Source: Chiloscyllium plagiosum
Taxonomy: Eukaryota
Direction: 5' to 3'
NCBI RefSeq assembly: GCF_004010195.1
Contig: NC_057756.1
Span: 275,401-339,400, forward strand
DNA: 64,000 bases
The position numbers and the translations under genes were made by a program. The notes beneath the pieces were generated by a model. The model made no database searches. It saw only the letters and a program-made list of their open reading frames with translations, and was not told where the DNA came from. This document shows positions 12,931 to 25,439 of the stretch, in pieces; the first letter of the stretch is position 1; every line of letters starts with the position of its first letter.

Positions 12931-13863
12931 TATCTGCAAATTTGGAGAAGATTTGTACTTCAGATTGTGGATCAGGTTGCAAATTTACAAATCCCTACAG
13001 GCACAATATATTCATACTAGCCTGAAGGTGGAAAACCAATGCCATCCAACCAAGCACCACCCACCAAAAACTGTACTTCCTACGAGAATGTCTCAGGAAA
13101 TGATGTGTCAAATACAAACCACCACTCAATACCCCACAAGCCAGGAGAACAGCAGAACAGAACAGTTCCTGAATGGTATGAGAAAATGATAAATGATGCC
13201 CACAACCGACTCCAAATACAAACTGCAAATTTCGTGCCGACAAACTCTGGACACTAACACGACTGACCATGAATAGACAAGTACGCTAGAACGAGCCACC
13301 AACACTAAACATCAGACCAAGATAAAGAAAAGACCAGCTCTACAAGAAAAATGGGCCGAGCTCTCACACAACAATAATACAGACAATTCAGAGACTTGGA
13401 TAAAGCACCTGTCTGACCAACCACACTCAGACAAGGAAAAAGCCGTCCTAATACAGGGACGTGGATAAAAAAGGACTTCCTAGCAGCACTGGAATCCACT
13501 CCGAAAGACAACGGACTTACAAGAAACCCAGCAGACTGTCAGACAAACAGTAGCACCAACATTAAGCAGAAAGGACACTCTCAACATACTGGAAAAAGGA
13601 AAGCCCTGGAAGGACTCAAAAGACAGAAATATCATAATCATGCCAGCAGACAGAGGGCGCATGACTATCTTCTTGAACAAAACACAATACATTGAAAAAG
13701 CAAACACACTACTCACATATACTGATACCTACCAACAGGTGGCGATGGACCCAACTCCACAGCTAGAAAACAGCAATACAGCACTACTGAGAAAACTACA
13801 CAAGACAGGTGAGATTAACAAGATGGTCCTCCAAAGAATAAACTGCGAAGGATCCAACACACG

Positions 13864-14160
13864 GGCGGCACGGTGGCTCAGTGGTTAGCACTGCTGCCTC
13901 AGTGCCAGGGACCTAGGTTCGATCCCAGTCTTGGGAGAGTGTGTGGAGTTTGCACATTCTTCCCATGTTTGAGTGGGTTTTCTCTGGGTGCTCCAGTTTC
14001 ATCACACAGTCCAAAGATGTGCAAGTCAGGTGAATTGGCCATTCTAAATTGCCCATAGTGTTTAGGTGCATTACGTAGAGGGAAATAGGTCTGGGTGGGT
14101 TACTCTTCGAAGGGTCGGTGTGGTCAAAGCGCCTGTTTCCACACAGTAGGGAATCTAATC
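13864..14160 (+). mobile_element. HE1-like tRNA-derived V-SINE
   Basis: Box A TGGCTCAGTGG, box B GGTTCGATCCC, V domain and TCTAATCT tail. Confidence 0.9.
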
Positions 14161-14399
14161 TCATCTAGTTTCCGTGGATTACTAAAAAGGCACATAAACA
14201 AGGGCATCCCCCCCCCCCCCCTTCCCCCCCCCAGACCTATAGTTTCACTTCCTGGTACACCAACATACAGACCTGCAAAGGAACTGCAACGCGAACTGAA
14301 ACACCTAGTAGAAGCCTCAACCCATTCCATCCTCTCCAAACTCCAGGAATTCCTTAACATCAAAGACACCAAGGTAGCAGACAACGAGGTCATTGTTTC

Positions 14400-16476
14400 T
14401 GTAGGAAAAGGATCTGCCACTCTGCTTACCCATAGCGTGGCGACAAACACAGAAGCTGGCCTGTAAAACACAAACCAGGCCTGCCAACATATACAGAAAC
14501 TACCCAGAGTGCTCTAGTCTTGACCAAACAAGCTAACAAAAAAAACATACATGGCCAAGCCATTTCCTAGACCAGAGAATACACTCCCTATATCAGTCCC
14601 TTTCACAATAAATCCCCAGTTCAGATAAACACTGCAACACCCTAAGGACAGGCTCATTTCTCATTGATGAAAATGTGTTGCTGGAAAAGCGCAGCAGGTC
14701 AGGCAGCAGCCAGGGAACAGGAAAATCAACGTTTCGGGCATAAGCCCTTCTTCAGGAATGAGGAAAGTTTGTCCAGCAGGCTAAGATAAAAGGTAGGGAG
14801 GAGGGACTTGGGGGAGGGGTGTCAGAAATGTGATATGTGGAAAGAGGTCAAGGTGAGGGTGATAGGTCAGACTGGGGTGGGGGCGGAGAGGTCACGAAGA
14901 AGATTGCAGGTTAGGAAGGCGGTGCTGAATTTGATGGATTTGACTGAGACAGTAGGATCATAGTCTCCACCCTAAATAACCCCCTTACCCCATCAAGTAT
15001 GCCCTGTTACCGACTCACCCTGCCTCAAATATCCTCACCCCTCCTCCATCCAATTCCAATCCCTCCTCTTTCACACATCCTACCTCAGGGAAACGCTGAC
15101 CTGCTGAGAGGTGCGTTAGAATTTTATAACCTACCTGACTGGGGGGCTCCAGTGCATAAGTGTTGATGAGATAGGCCAACATGTTACAAAGCCATAAGGA
15201 AATCACATCACCCAGCAGTCGAGGAAACAGACCACTGCAAAGAGACACATAGCAATGAGCATGAGGTTCACACCAGCCTGTTTTACACTGGAACAACAGA
15301 TTCACACCAGGCTGCTCCAAACTGGGCTCAGAGAAAGATTCACACATGCCCAATCCACACTGGGACCAGACAGAGATTCACACCAAACTGCGCCACACTG
15401 AACTCAGTGATTCACACAGTCCTTCTCTACATTGGGCTCAGAGAGAGAAATTCACATTAGATTAAGTGACCAGACTACAGCGGAGATGGAAATGTGTTGC
15501 TGGAGAAGCGCAGGAGGTCAGGCAGCATCTAGGGAACAGGAGAATCGACGTTTCGGGCATTAGCCCTTCTTCAGGAATGGAAAGTTGGTCCAGCAGGCTA
15601 AGATAAAAGATAGGGAGGTGGGACTTGGGGGAGGGGCGTCGGAAATGTCTTAGGTGGAAAGAGGTCAAGGTGAGGGTGATAGGTCAGACTGGGGTGGGGG
15701 CGGAGAGGTCGGGAAGAAGATCTCAGGTTAGGAAGGCGGTGCTGAATTCGATGGAACCGGATTCAGCACCACCTTCCTAACCTGCAATCTTCTTCCTGAC
15801 CTCTCCGCCCCCACCTCAGTCTGACCTATCACCCTCACCTTGATCTCTTTCCACATATCACATTTCCGACACCCCTCCCCCAAGTCCCTCCTCCCTACCT
15901 TTTATCTTAGCCTGCTGGACAAACTTTCCTCATTCCTGAAGAAGGGCTTATGCCCGAAACGTCGATTCTCCTGTTCCCTGGCTGCTGTCTGACCTGCTGC
16001 GCTTTTCCAGCAACACATTTTCAGCTCTGATCTCCAGCATCTGCAGACCTCACTTTCTCCTCATTTCTCATTGAAATCAATACCACATACACAAAGAGGC
16101 AGAGCGAGAGGCCTCAGAAGAATTTGCTCACAGTAGGAACACAATGGACACACCTCATGCCAGGAGAAGGGACATTAGCACATATTCGCACCGACAAGAA
16201 ATACAATGAAGAATCCTCCAGAAGACATTGTCACCCACTCATGGAGATGGCTGGAATCTCCCTGTCAATTATAAATGAATTGCTACTGCTGGACACTTGA
16301 TTACCTGCATTTTCTGTTCTGGGAAGAGAGCATTTGGTCACCTGCGCAGAGAATCAGTTCTGTGTCAGCCCAGTTATTTGCTCTTCCTCTGTATCACTTT
16401 GTTCAATAAACGGCTTGTCTATTTCACTACAATCCATGTTTGTGGTCTCTGTTCAATTGGGCTCAATTCTCCAACA
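14400..16476 (+). mobile_element. ERV-1 5' LTR, interrupted by a PLE at 14668-16060
   Basis: TG...CA ends and AATAAA at 16405-16410. Followed by ATTTGGTG (PBS position). Homologous to 21276-22878. Confidence 0.88.
14668..16060. mobile_element. Composite PLE insertion: inverted termini with three hammerhead cores and ~520 bp of filler
   Basis: 15-bp TSD CTCATTTCTCATTGA (14653-14667, 16060-16074). Minus copies at 14668-14950 and ~15480-15755; plus copy at ~15756-16060. Confidence 0.85.
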
Positions 16477-17089
16477 ATTTGGTGTTAATCAGTCTCTCAA
16501 CAGGGTAAACGAACCTAACATTTTAAACTGTGCCCAGTTTGGACCTGGCAGCTAGCTTTGCCTCAACGGGTCGTACTTAGAAAGGGTTGGGCGTCTGGAG
16601 GAAGTAGCCATAATTCTAATCTACTGTGGCAGCATTTTGGCACTGAGCTGCTTTATCCTACTTGAACAGCAGGCCAGAGAGGTCCCAAATTGTACCCATT
16701 TAGGCAGACGTGTGAACTGACTTCAGTGGGAAGAGCAGCAGTATGCTTAATGCAGCCAGGAGAAAGACAGACCAGGAGGGGCTCCCAGCAAGATATGAGG
16801 AGAGAGTGCTATTAAATTCTCGCTGACTAAATCAACAGATTGGTGAAATGGACAAAGAGAAGCAGCTGCTGGCCTGTTTCTTTGTCTTCTGGTTTGCATT
16901 GTATGCTTGTGGTTTTCTTAAGTGTTTGTTTTGTGGTTTGTAAGTATTAGTTTGTGGCCTGTCATTGCATGCCTGAGTGATTTTCAAAGCATCCCTCTGC
17001 CTTGGGCTGTCTGGAGGCAGGTGCATTCGCTGAATTCCTCAAAGCTGCGTTCAAAGCCTGCAAGCTCAACTCAGAAGCCGTTTTACAGC

Positions 17090-18950
17090 ATGGGAGCACA
17101 GAAATATACCTACTGCCGGGGAGTGCCAATCACTGGCACATCAATGCCCGAGGTGAGAGGACAATGGGTCACGGCCACCAACAATGTACAAAAAGATGCT
17201 TAAAAGGCACGGTAAATATGTTACCTTCAAGACAAAGATAGGAGATCCTCGAACACCCAGGTCCCTGGCAGACACAGCGCTCAAAGAAACACAGGACAGC
17301 TGGTGCGTTATCCCCTTCACCTGGGACCTGCACACTTGGTCCAACGGAAATTGGTCACATGGGAGGGGCCTTTGAAATTTCAAGGAAATTGACTATTTGA
17401 CTACGGCCATTGTGGGAGGAAATGGGGACCCCTCCTGGGACACTGCCTACCTGCTGTAGTGTCTGGGGAAGTTCAAGGAAGTTGCAAAGTGGCACCAGCC
17501 CTCAAAGGCAAAGATCACAGCCAGAGCCCCCCTAAAACAGACCCCCGCCACAACCCCCAGTCACAGCCCCGCTGCCCTATGCTGCACAGTCCCCCAAACT
17601 ACCCCGACCATCTCCAGAATCAGACCCGCACGCTCGAGGAGGTATCTGCATTCATCACCACCCAGCGGCGGAGGGATCGCAGCGAGACACAAAGGCCATG
17701 GGGTGGCCCAATTCAGCACCGCTGTCAGACACCGCCAAAAACATAATTACCAGCAGCACAATTGCCGCTGCTGTCCAAAACCAACAGGACACAGACCATC
17801 AAATCACTCACAGTGATCAGCTCCACTCTGATGGACAAACTCTGGACAATGCTGAGGTTTGGACTATGCTGCAGGTTGCCCCAGACCCCTTATAAAGGCC
17901 AATGCCATTCCATAATTGGCTAGTGCAAATTTCAGCCATCTATAATTGCCTGCCCCAAGCTATAAAGACCCTGCTTCCAACTCTATTTTGATTTAGTCCC
18001 TACCCTCCCCTTCACTGTTTTGATCACACAGCACTGCACTTTGATGTGAAGGGCATTGCTTGTCACTGGCCACTCGGGTGTTTTCCTATCTTCCTGGTGG
18101 TGGAAATTGAATAAAGATTCGTGCACTTTGTGTCTTTCACTGTGTCTCACACCTGCACACACACACCATGGGTGCTGGGGGAAAAAAATAAGCACTACCG
18201 CACTTAGGTGGTAGTGTGGGGGTTAAAGGAAGAAAAAAAAAGTGAAAAAAAAATTAAAAAAAAGAAAAAAAAGAAAAAAAAAGACCCTGCTGCAACTAGC
18301 ATACGTATCCCACTCCCCCGTTCCTCCGTAGAATTCCCTCCCCGAGCCTGGGACTCCCCTTCATACAGGAGCTCTGGCTAAACAATACTGTAAGAGGCCA
18401 TAAAAACAGCTGCATGCTGATTTTGGTGCTGTGACCCTGTGTCTGCAAAACGCAGATGAATCCCTACCAGACTTCATACCCATTTTAAAGAAGTCTGGGA
18501 TTGTTCAGCAGACATCCCATTGCTAGAAAGCGAACAACTTGAAGTACAGACCCTTGTAAACTGCATGTTGCCAGCCTAGGCTCAAATATATAAGTCACAA
18601 CTTATCCTGGCAAGCAGTAGAAGGGAGGGACATATTAACAACACTGAATCACCTAGACAGAAATCAGCCAGCTCCCAGCCAGAAAGAGATGTTCCCTGAG
18701 ATTGCCCAACTGGACCACCGGTCACACAACATCGGGCCACCACAACGGCTCAGGGGACGCCAGAGAGGGCAATGCTGGAACTGTGGGAGAGTGGGACATT
18801 GGGCTAGGTAGTGAAGGTCAGGAGTTAGGCAGGGTCGCCCAGACACCCCTACACCTCCCCAGCCCCCTGCAGCATTGCTACAGACCACTGCCCCCCCAGA
18901 GGCAGCCTCGATCGGATACATCTACCCTGACAAACCCCTTTACCCATGAC
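17090..18950 (+). pseudogene. gag: ERV-1 gag (frameshifted, with stops)
   Basis: MG start at 17090. CWNCGRVGHWAR zinc knuckle from 18773. Confidence 0.65.
17976..18280 (+). mobile_element. 5'-truncated poly(A)-tailed retrocopy (L1/Tx1-type 3' end) inside ERV-1 gag
   Basis: AATAAA, a hairpin CACTACC...GGTAGTG, an A-rich tail at 18226-18282, and TSD AAAGACCCTGCT (17964-17975, 18280-18291). Confidence 0.8.
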
Positions 18951-20077
18951 CAGGAATCCAACTTGGGCTGGAGGGATCCAACTCAGAGGGAAACTCTGCA
19001 GTCTGTTTCAATACCCCTTCTCCCACTCTCCGTCTGAAAATCCCATGATGCATGTCGAGGTTGGGGGCATGGCTCATTTATTTCCTGGAGGGGTCCAGGG
19101 CCATGCATTCATCTGCACCTCGCTCAGCGGTACTCACCCCAAGCTCCAACACAGTCCAAACCATGGGGGCCTCAGGGATACCCATGGTATAACCGCTCTC
19201 CCATCCCGTGCAGTTCAGCGTTGGACCCGCAACAGTCCCAGATGCTGCAATCATCTCTGCCTCCTCTCCAGTAGCCCTCCTGGGTCACCAGACACTATGC
19301 AAGTTAAATGCCAGCATCCCCTGCTCTCTCCAAGGACTTCTGCTCAAGACCTCAGAAGCAAACTATTCTATGCTATGAGCAACCATCTCCCACAACCCTT
19401 AACCCATCGCCCCCCATCAGGCAAACCGCCACTCCGCCTGGTTGTGCCCACCAGAACCTATCTATGCCCTTCTTGACCCTCTCCTCTCCCAACTATGAAC
19501 CCCCACATTATTTTTCCTCCAGTGGTTGATATGACAGGCTGTTTTGACTGTCAATTTCACTGTGCAGCTTCTGGCCCACAGGAACCTGCCTCAACAAATG
19601 CTGCTCTCACAGACTCACATCTCCAGCTCACCTCCCCACTAACGATCATTGGTAGGTATTTTGTAGGACCGCAGGGTGTTGTAGCAGAAGGGCAACTCAG
19701 CTCAGAGTAGGCCGCGCTGGCCTGCAACGACCCAACGGCGGTCCTGCACATTCCCCTTATTGAAAGCCTGTGGCTCCCCAAAGATTTAGCAACAATGATA
19801 CTGCAGCCACCACTACATTCTACACCACTTTGGCAAGACAGAGACCCCTGAATAGAGATTGGACAGGACGACTTCTGTGCACGCTGCGCCCCCGCATTAC
19901 GACAAGCTCCTTTAATAAAACAGAGCCCAGGCACTGACCCCTCCTACAAGAGCCCCCTCTTATTAGCTGACCTCCCAAACTCACTGTGGGCACAGCACTC
20001 CAACCACACACGCCAGGTATTGTCTGCCCCACCACATTCAGTTTCACTCAGACAGGGAGCCATCCTCCCATCAGTGC

Positions 20078-20490
20078 AACAATACCCATTATCACACACA
20101 GCAGTAGAGGGGATCAAACCAGATATTCAGTCACTTCTGCAGCAGGAAATCCTAGTACTCACACCCAGCCCATGTAACATACCCATCTTACCATCCCAAA
20201 GCTCGGGAGACGCAGCAAATGGTGCTTTGGCATTCACAGCCCGGAGATCTTGCACATTGTTGATCCCTGCTCCCCAGTTGTCTTGGACACAAATACTATG
20301 CTGATCAGTATCCCCACCTCCACCATCTGCTTCTCTGTAATCAACCTATGTTCAGCCTTCTTTGCCATTAAATTGTCCCCTGAAAGCCAATACCTTTTTG
20401 CTTTTACATACGGCGGCTGCTAATATACATGGACCCAGCTTCCCCAAGGGTATGTGGACAGCCCCACAGTTTATGCTGCTGCAGTATATT
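20078..20490 (+). pseudogene. pol: ERV-1 RT N-terminal half (truncated before YxDD)
   Basis: QYPLS..VEGIKPDIQSLL..SPCNIPILP; FSVINLCSAFF..PESQYLFAFTY..YTWTQLPQGYVDSPTVY. Confidence 0.85.
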
Positions 20491-20859
20491 GCACCCTGTT
20501 CACCCTCCATCTACCATACCACTCCCAATCCTCTTCCTTCTGGAAGCTTACCACCTGCAGCAAATGTGCCCTCCCTGCCCTCAACAAGGTACTCCCCCTA
20601 TTTGTGCCCACTTATGCAACCCTGTGCCTGGACATAGGGGCACATCAGCTGGCCACCAAGCTACAGAAGATAAGGGAATGCCGCAGCTGAAGTGCTTGCC
20701 CAGCTGAATGCGGCAGCTATCACCTTTTGCACTGTCGCCCTACAAAAATCAAATGGCCACAGACTACTTGTTGGCCGAAAAAGAGGGCACATGCACCATC
20801 ATTGGCGTGGACTACTGCACCCTTACCCCAGCTAAAATATAACAAACCTGACGCACCAC

Positions 20860-21261
20860 ATCTGACAGGCTGCTGCTGTCCTCCATGGACAAGAGTCCAA
20901 CTGGGACTTGTGGAGCTGGGCAACCTCCTGGCTTGGCTCATGGGCCACAGCCCTGCTGGAGGGTCTGATGTCCCTTATTGCCATTCTTATGGGTATCATA
21001 GTCCTGATCATGCCCCCCCCCCCCCCCCCCCNNNNNNNNNNNNNNNNNNNNNNNNNNNNNNNNNNNTTGTGTACAACATTGTTACACCCTGCCCCTGTCA
21101 CTACCCAACTAATGCAAGTCCACTGCACTGACATTCCCACCCCTGACACAGCCTCCACCCTCTCAGGTTCAGACACTGACGACTACCTCTCTGACACCGA
21201 ACCCCCACCACTTGAACCTCCCTGGATCTGGCTACAGTACCCCTTTTCAATCTTCCCTTAA
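20860..21261 (+). pseudogene. env: ERV-1 env remnant (Trp-rich membrane-proximal region, TM helix, cytoplasmic tail)
   Basis: WSWATSWLGSWATALLEGLMSLIAILMGIIVLIM. The reading frame ends just before the PPT. Confidence 0.55.
21032..21066. other. Assembly gap (35 N) after a poly-C run
   Basis: N run. Confidence 1.
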
Positions 21262-21275
21262 AATGATAAAGGGAT

Positions 21276-22878
21276 TGTGAGAAAAAGACCTGCTACCCTG
21301 CTCATTCACAGCAAGGCCACACAAACAGAAGCTGACCTGTAAAACACAAACCAAGCCTGCCAACATATACAGAAACTACCCAGAGTGCACCAGTCTTTAC
21401 CAAACAGGCCAGCAAAAACCAGACATGGCCAAGCCCCTTCCTAGGCCAGAGAATACACTCCCTAAAACAGCTTTTCCCAATCAGTCTCCAGCCTAGATTA
21501 ACACTGCAGTCCCAACATCTAAGGGCAAGCTCATTTCCCACTGAGGTAAAAACAATGACTGCAGATGTTGGAAACCAGATTCTGGATTAGTCGTGCTGGA
21601 AGAGCACAGCAGTTCAGGCAGCATCCAAGGAGCAGCGAAATCGACGTTTCGGGCAAAAGCCCTTCATCATGCCCTGGGGTTGAAGTGTTCTGAGGCGGAA
21701 GATGAGGCGTTCTTCCTCCAGGCATCTGGTGGTAGGGGAGCGGCAGTGAAGGAGGCCCAGGACCTCCATGTCCTCGGCAGAGTGGGAGGGGGAGTTGAAA
21801 TGTTGGGCCACGGGGCGGTGTGGTTGAGTGGTGCGGGTGCCCCGGAGATGTTCCCTAAAGCGCTCTGCTAAGAGGCGCCCAGTCTCCCCAATGTAGAGGA
21901 GACCGCATCGGGAGCAACGGATACAATAAATGATATTAGTGGATGTGCAAGTAAAACCTTGATGGATGTGGAAGGCTCCTTTAGGGCCTTGGATAGAGGT
22001 GAGAGAGGAGGTGTGGGCGCAGGTTTTACAGTTCCTGCGATGGCAGGGGAAAGTGCCAGGATGGGAGGGTGGGTTGTACTGGGGCATGGACCTGACCAGG
22101 TAGTCACCGTTCCCTCCGTCCTACCTGCCTATCTCCTTTTCCACCTATCCACTCCATCCTCTCCTCCCTGACCTATCACCTTCATCCCCTCCCCCACTCA
22201 CCCATTGTACTCTATGCTACTTTCTCCCCACCCCCACCCTCCTCTAGCTTATCTCTCCACGCTTCAGGCTCTCTGCCTTTATTCCTGATGAAGGGTTTTT
22301 GCCCGAAACGTCAATTTCGCTGCTCCTTGGATGCTGCCTGAACTGCTGTGCTCTTCCAGCACCACTAATCCAGAATCATTTCCCATTGAAACTGATACCA
22401 TATACACAAACAGGCAGACCAAAATGCCCCAGAAGACTTCGCTCACAGGAGGAACACAATGGACACATCTGAATATCAGGAGAAGGGACACTTGCACATA
22501 TTCACACGGACAGGAAATACAATTAAGAATCCTCCAGAAGACGTTCTCACCCACTCATGGCGATGGCTGGAATCTCCTGTGTCAATTATAAATGAATTGC
22601 TACTGCTGGACACTTAAAAAACATAATGGAAATTAATCATTGTTTTAACTTCTTTACAAGTTTCAACATTGTACGATAACTGCTTCACAATTATCATATT
22701 TGTGTTATATCCCTATAAAGCATGCCTACACTTTCTGTTCGGTAAGCGCATTTGTCTATGTGCAGAGAATCAGTTCTAATTTCTCTCCCGCGATATCGCT
22801 TTGTGTAATAAACCGCTTGTCAATTTCACTACAATCCTCGTTTGCGGCCTCTGATCCATTGGGCTCAATTCTCCGAAG
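21276..22878 (+). mobile_element. ERV-1 3' LTR, interrupted by a PLE at ~21545-22375
   Basis: Starts TGTGAGA after the PPT; AATAAA at 22807-22812; ends GGGCTCAATTCTCC like the 5' LTR. Confidence 0.88.
21545..22375 (-). mobile_element. Neptune-type PLE fragment (GIY-YIG endonuclease) with an inverted terminus
   Basis: ORF 21614-22087 reads CHRRNCKTC..FTCTSTNIIYCIRCSRCGLLYIGETGRLLAERFREH. TSD TCATTTCCCA(C/T)TGA at 21531-21544 and 22376-22389. Confidence 0.88.
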
Positions 22879-22949
22879 GTTTCGTTCGGCTTCATGACTG
22901 CCTGATTCACGTCAATAAGTTTGGCCAAAGACACACTGGCCTCACCGCC

Positions 22950-23525
22950 AGTCAGGTTCTTTCCCAAGGTTTCACACACGGGATGCAATTCGCACAAACC
23001 AAGTTCTGCATTCAGTTAAAGTTTATTAAAGCTTCTACAAGCTAGCTGACCTTTTGACCTGCCCTCGCAGGCGTGCGAGTTTGAGTCAAAGTGAGGCCTT
23101 GAACAAAGAAAACACATCCCCTTTATATAGGTCAATGGCAATGCTCCCAGATGTTCTGGCCAGCCTACACAGTCACATGCCACCCAAGACAACCTCTAGT
23201 CATTCAGAGTCGCATGTTACCCCAGGTACAATGCCAGGGTGAGATCATCCTCAGAGATAATGCAAATGCTAATGCTCGAATCCTGGGGAATGGTGCTGCA
23301 GATGATTTCCTGACTCAGTGACTCCCCAAGACAATGTAGGTGGGACACATCTGTCCAGAAAGCATTTCTGAATGGAAGAGATTGAATGATAGTTTAACTT
23401 GACAATAGCAAGGGGTAGCAGCAGCAGCAGCAAGTGACAGTCTAATTGTAGTGGGGGCAATTAGCAATCCTTCATTGCCTTTAATATTAACGTCCAGAGA
23501 GATAGTACAATTTAATCTTTTAACA
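22950..23525 (-). mobile_element. Probable solo LTR inserted into the Penelope RT
   Basis: Interrupts collinear PLE RT. The minus strand starts TGTTAAAAG, with TATATAAA (~23122) followed by AATAAA (~23022). Left boundary approximate. Confidence 0.55.
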
Positions 23526-24097
23526 TTACAAAAGCACCAACTGTCAACACAGACAGCATCCACAAACTAGTAGACTTGTGCCTCACAACCCACTTCACCT
23601 TCAATGGCAAGATCTACAAACAAGTCAATGGGAGGCCTAAGGGGATCACCAAAAATCAGGACTTTTAGCAGAAGCAGTTATGCAGAGGTTAGAATAAACA
23701 GCCCTTCCACGATCCACACAGTAAACCCAAAGGTTGGGCTGGATGAGACCTTTGTCATCGTGAAACACAACAAATGAGAAGAAACCTACCGAAAATAAAA
23801 TCCTTAACGGTATAAAGTTCACCAAAGAGGAAGAGAACAATAACAGACTCCCCTTCCAGGCTGTCACAGTAGAACAAAAAGCCATTCGAAAACTGCAGAT
23901 CAGCATCTACGGGAAAGACAAAGACACACACACACACACATGATACTTGATTACAGGAGCAACCATCCCAACATCCATAAACAGAGCTGCATCTGGTCAT
24001 TACTCAAATGAGCCATGACACACTGCAGTACCTTAGAACTATGAAAAGTGGAGGAAAAACATCTACACAACGTATTCAGGAACAACAGGTACCCAGT

Positions 24098-24411
24098 GGG
24101 CGGCACAGTGGCACAGTGGTTAGCACTACTGCCTCACAGCGCCTGAGACCCGGGTTCAATTCCCGCCTCAGGCGACTGACTGTGTGGAGTTTGCACGTTC
24201 TCCCCATGTCTGCGTGGGTTTCCTCCGGATGCTCCGATTTCGTCCCACAGTCCAAAGATGTGCAGGTCAGGTGAATTGGCCATGCTAAATTGCCCGTAGT
24301 GTTAGGTATGGGGTAAATGTAGGGGCATGGGTGGGTTGCGCTTCGGCGGGGCAGTGTGGACTTGTTGGGCCGAAGGGCCTGTTTCCACGCTGTAATCTAA
24401 TCTAATCTAAT
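24098..24411 (+). mobile_element. HE1-like V-SINE, full length
   Basis: Boxes A and B, V domain and (TAATC)n tail. Confidence 0.92.
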
Positions 24412-25439
24412 AGGCGCAGTCCGCCAACTCCTGCACAACAGACCGAAACAAGATGACAAAACACACCCAGAGACTCTAGCCACCCTACCATACAAAGGCA
24501 GAGATATTAGATTACTCTGGCCCTTTGGCTTCATAATAGCCACAAACCTACCACCCCACCAAAACAGCTCCTGATGAATTTAAAAAGAACTCTGTACCAT
24601 CAACCCGCAGAATGAATGACATATACAAAATACCCTGCAAGGACTGCAACAAACATTACATTGGACAAAGGGGCAGGAAGCTAGCCACCAGGATACATGA
24701 GCACCAATTAGCCACCAAAAGACATGACCAACAATCACTGGTATCTGCACACAAATGAAGAGAGGCACCAGTTCAACTGGGACAATACATCCATCCTGGA
24801 ACAGGCTAAACAACGAAACACACGGGAATTCCTGGAGGCCTGGCATTCAAATCTGAACTCCAGAAACAAGCGTAGATTTGGACCCCATTTACCAACTCCT
24901 CAGAAACAGCACCAGAAATGATATCACCTGCCACAACAAACCAAGACAGATAAATAGCAAGTAGGGCAGAAGACCAACACTTCACCAGAGGCTCACAGAT
25001 GATTTTACCTAGTGTCGGAGAACAAATCTCCCAGCTCAGCTAGCAAATTTACAACCCAACTTTATCTTCCTGTCCTGATACATCAAGCGACAACATTCAA
25101 ACCGAATGATAAGCAATCCCTTGAAATAATGGCATTGCTTATCGCAGAGTGCTACAAGAACTTTGCCAAGAGATCTTTTATGTCGGGTAATGACTGTAAT
25201 TCATTAGGTTGGTGACGCAGGCAATTTTCTGGCTGTGGGGGAGTAGAAACAATGTTTAGTTTCATGTGATATCACTTCCAAAATCAGAAAGGTTGACAAA
25301 AAAAAGGGGACTTTGCGACGTCCACAAGGACTCTTACCAGTTTTTAAATCAAAAGCATCCTATCCAGATACAACAGTGTGGTTTGGCAACTGATGCTCCC
25401 AAGACCACAAAAACAAATACAAATACACAGTAGTAAGCA

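Larger units (their letters stand above)
14400..22878 (+). mobile_element. ERV-1: decayed class I (epsilon-like) provirus with both LTRs and most of pol deleted
   Basis: Two homologous LTRs; flanking duplication GTTTC (14395-14399, 22879-22883); TGG after the 5' LTR; purine tract AAAGGGA before the 3' LTR; gag knuckle and RT motifs. Confidence 0.9.
12935..25070 (+). mobile_element. Penelope/Poseidon-type retroelement (RT plus GIY-YIG), split by an ERV, a solo LTR and two SINEs
   Basis: PADRGRMTIFLNK..YIEKA (13640) and RPIVSLPGTPTY (14230). VIVS at 14399 resumes as VSF..TA*FTSI at 22879. LCLTTHFTFNGKIYKQVNG (23575). GIY-YIG-type YKIPCKDCNKHYIGQRGRKLATRIHEH at 24625-24705. Confidence 0.85.

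Noticed and set aside
13864..13935. tRNA-like sequences with A/B boxes (also at 24098, 53774 and 43494)
   Set aside because: They are SINE heads, each followed by the V-SINE core and tail, not tRNA genes.
15263..15457. Repeat-spacer-like array (GATTCACAC motif about every 36-40 bp) resembling CRISPR
   Set aside because: The intervening parts are mutually similar (a degenerate minisatellite), the context is vertebrate, and there are no cas genes.
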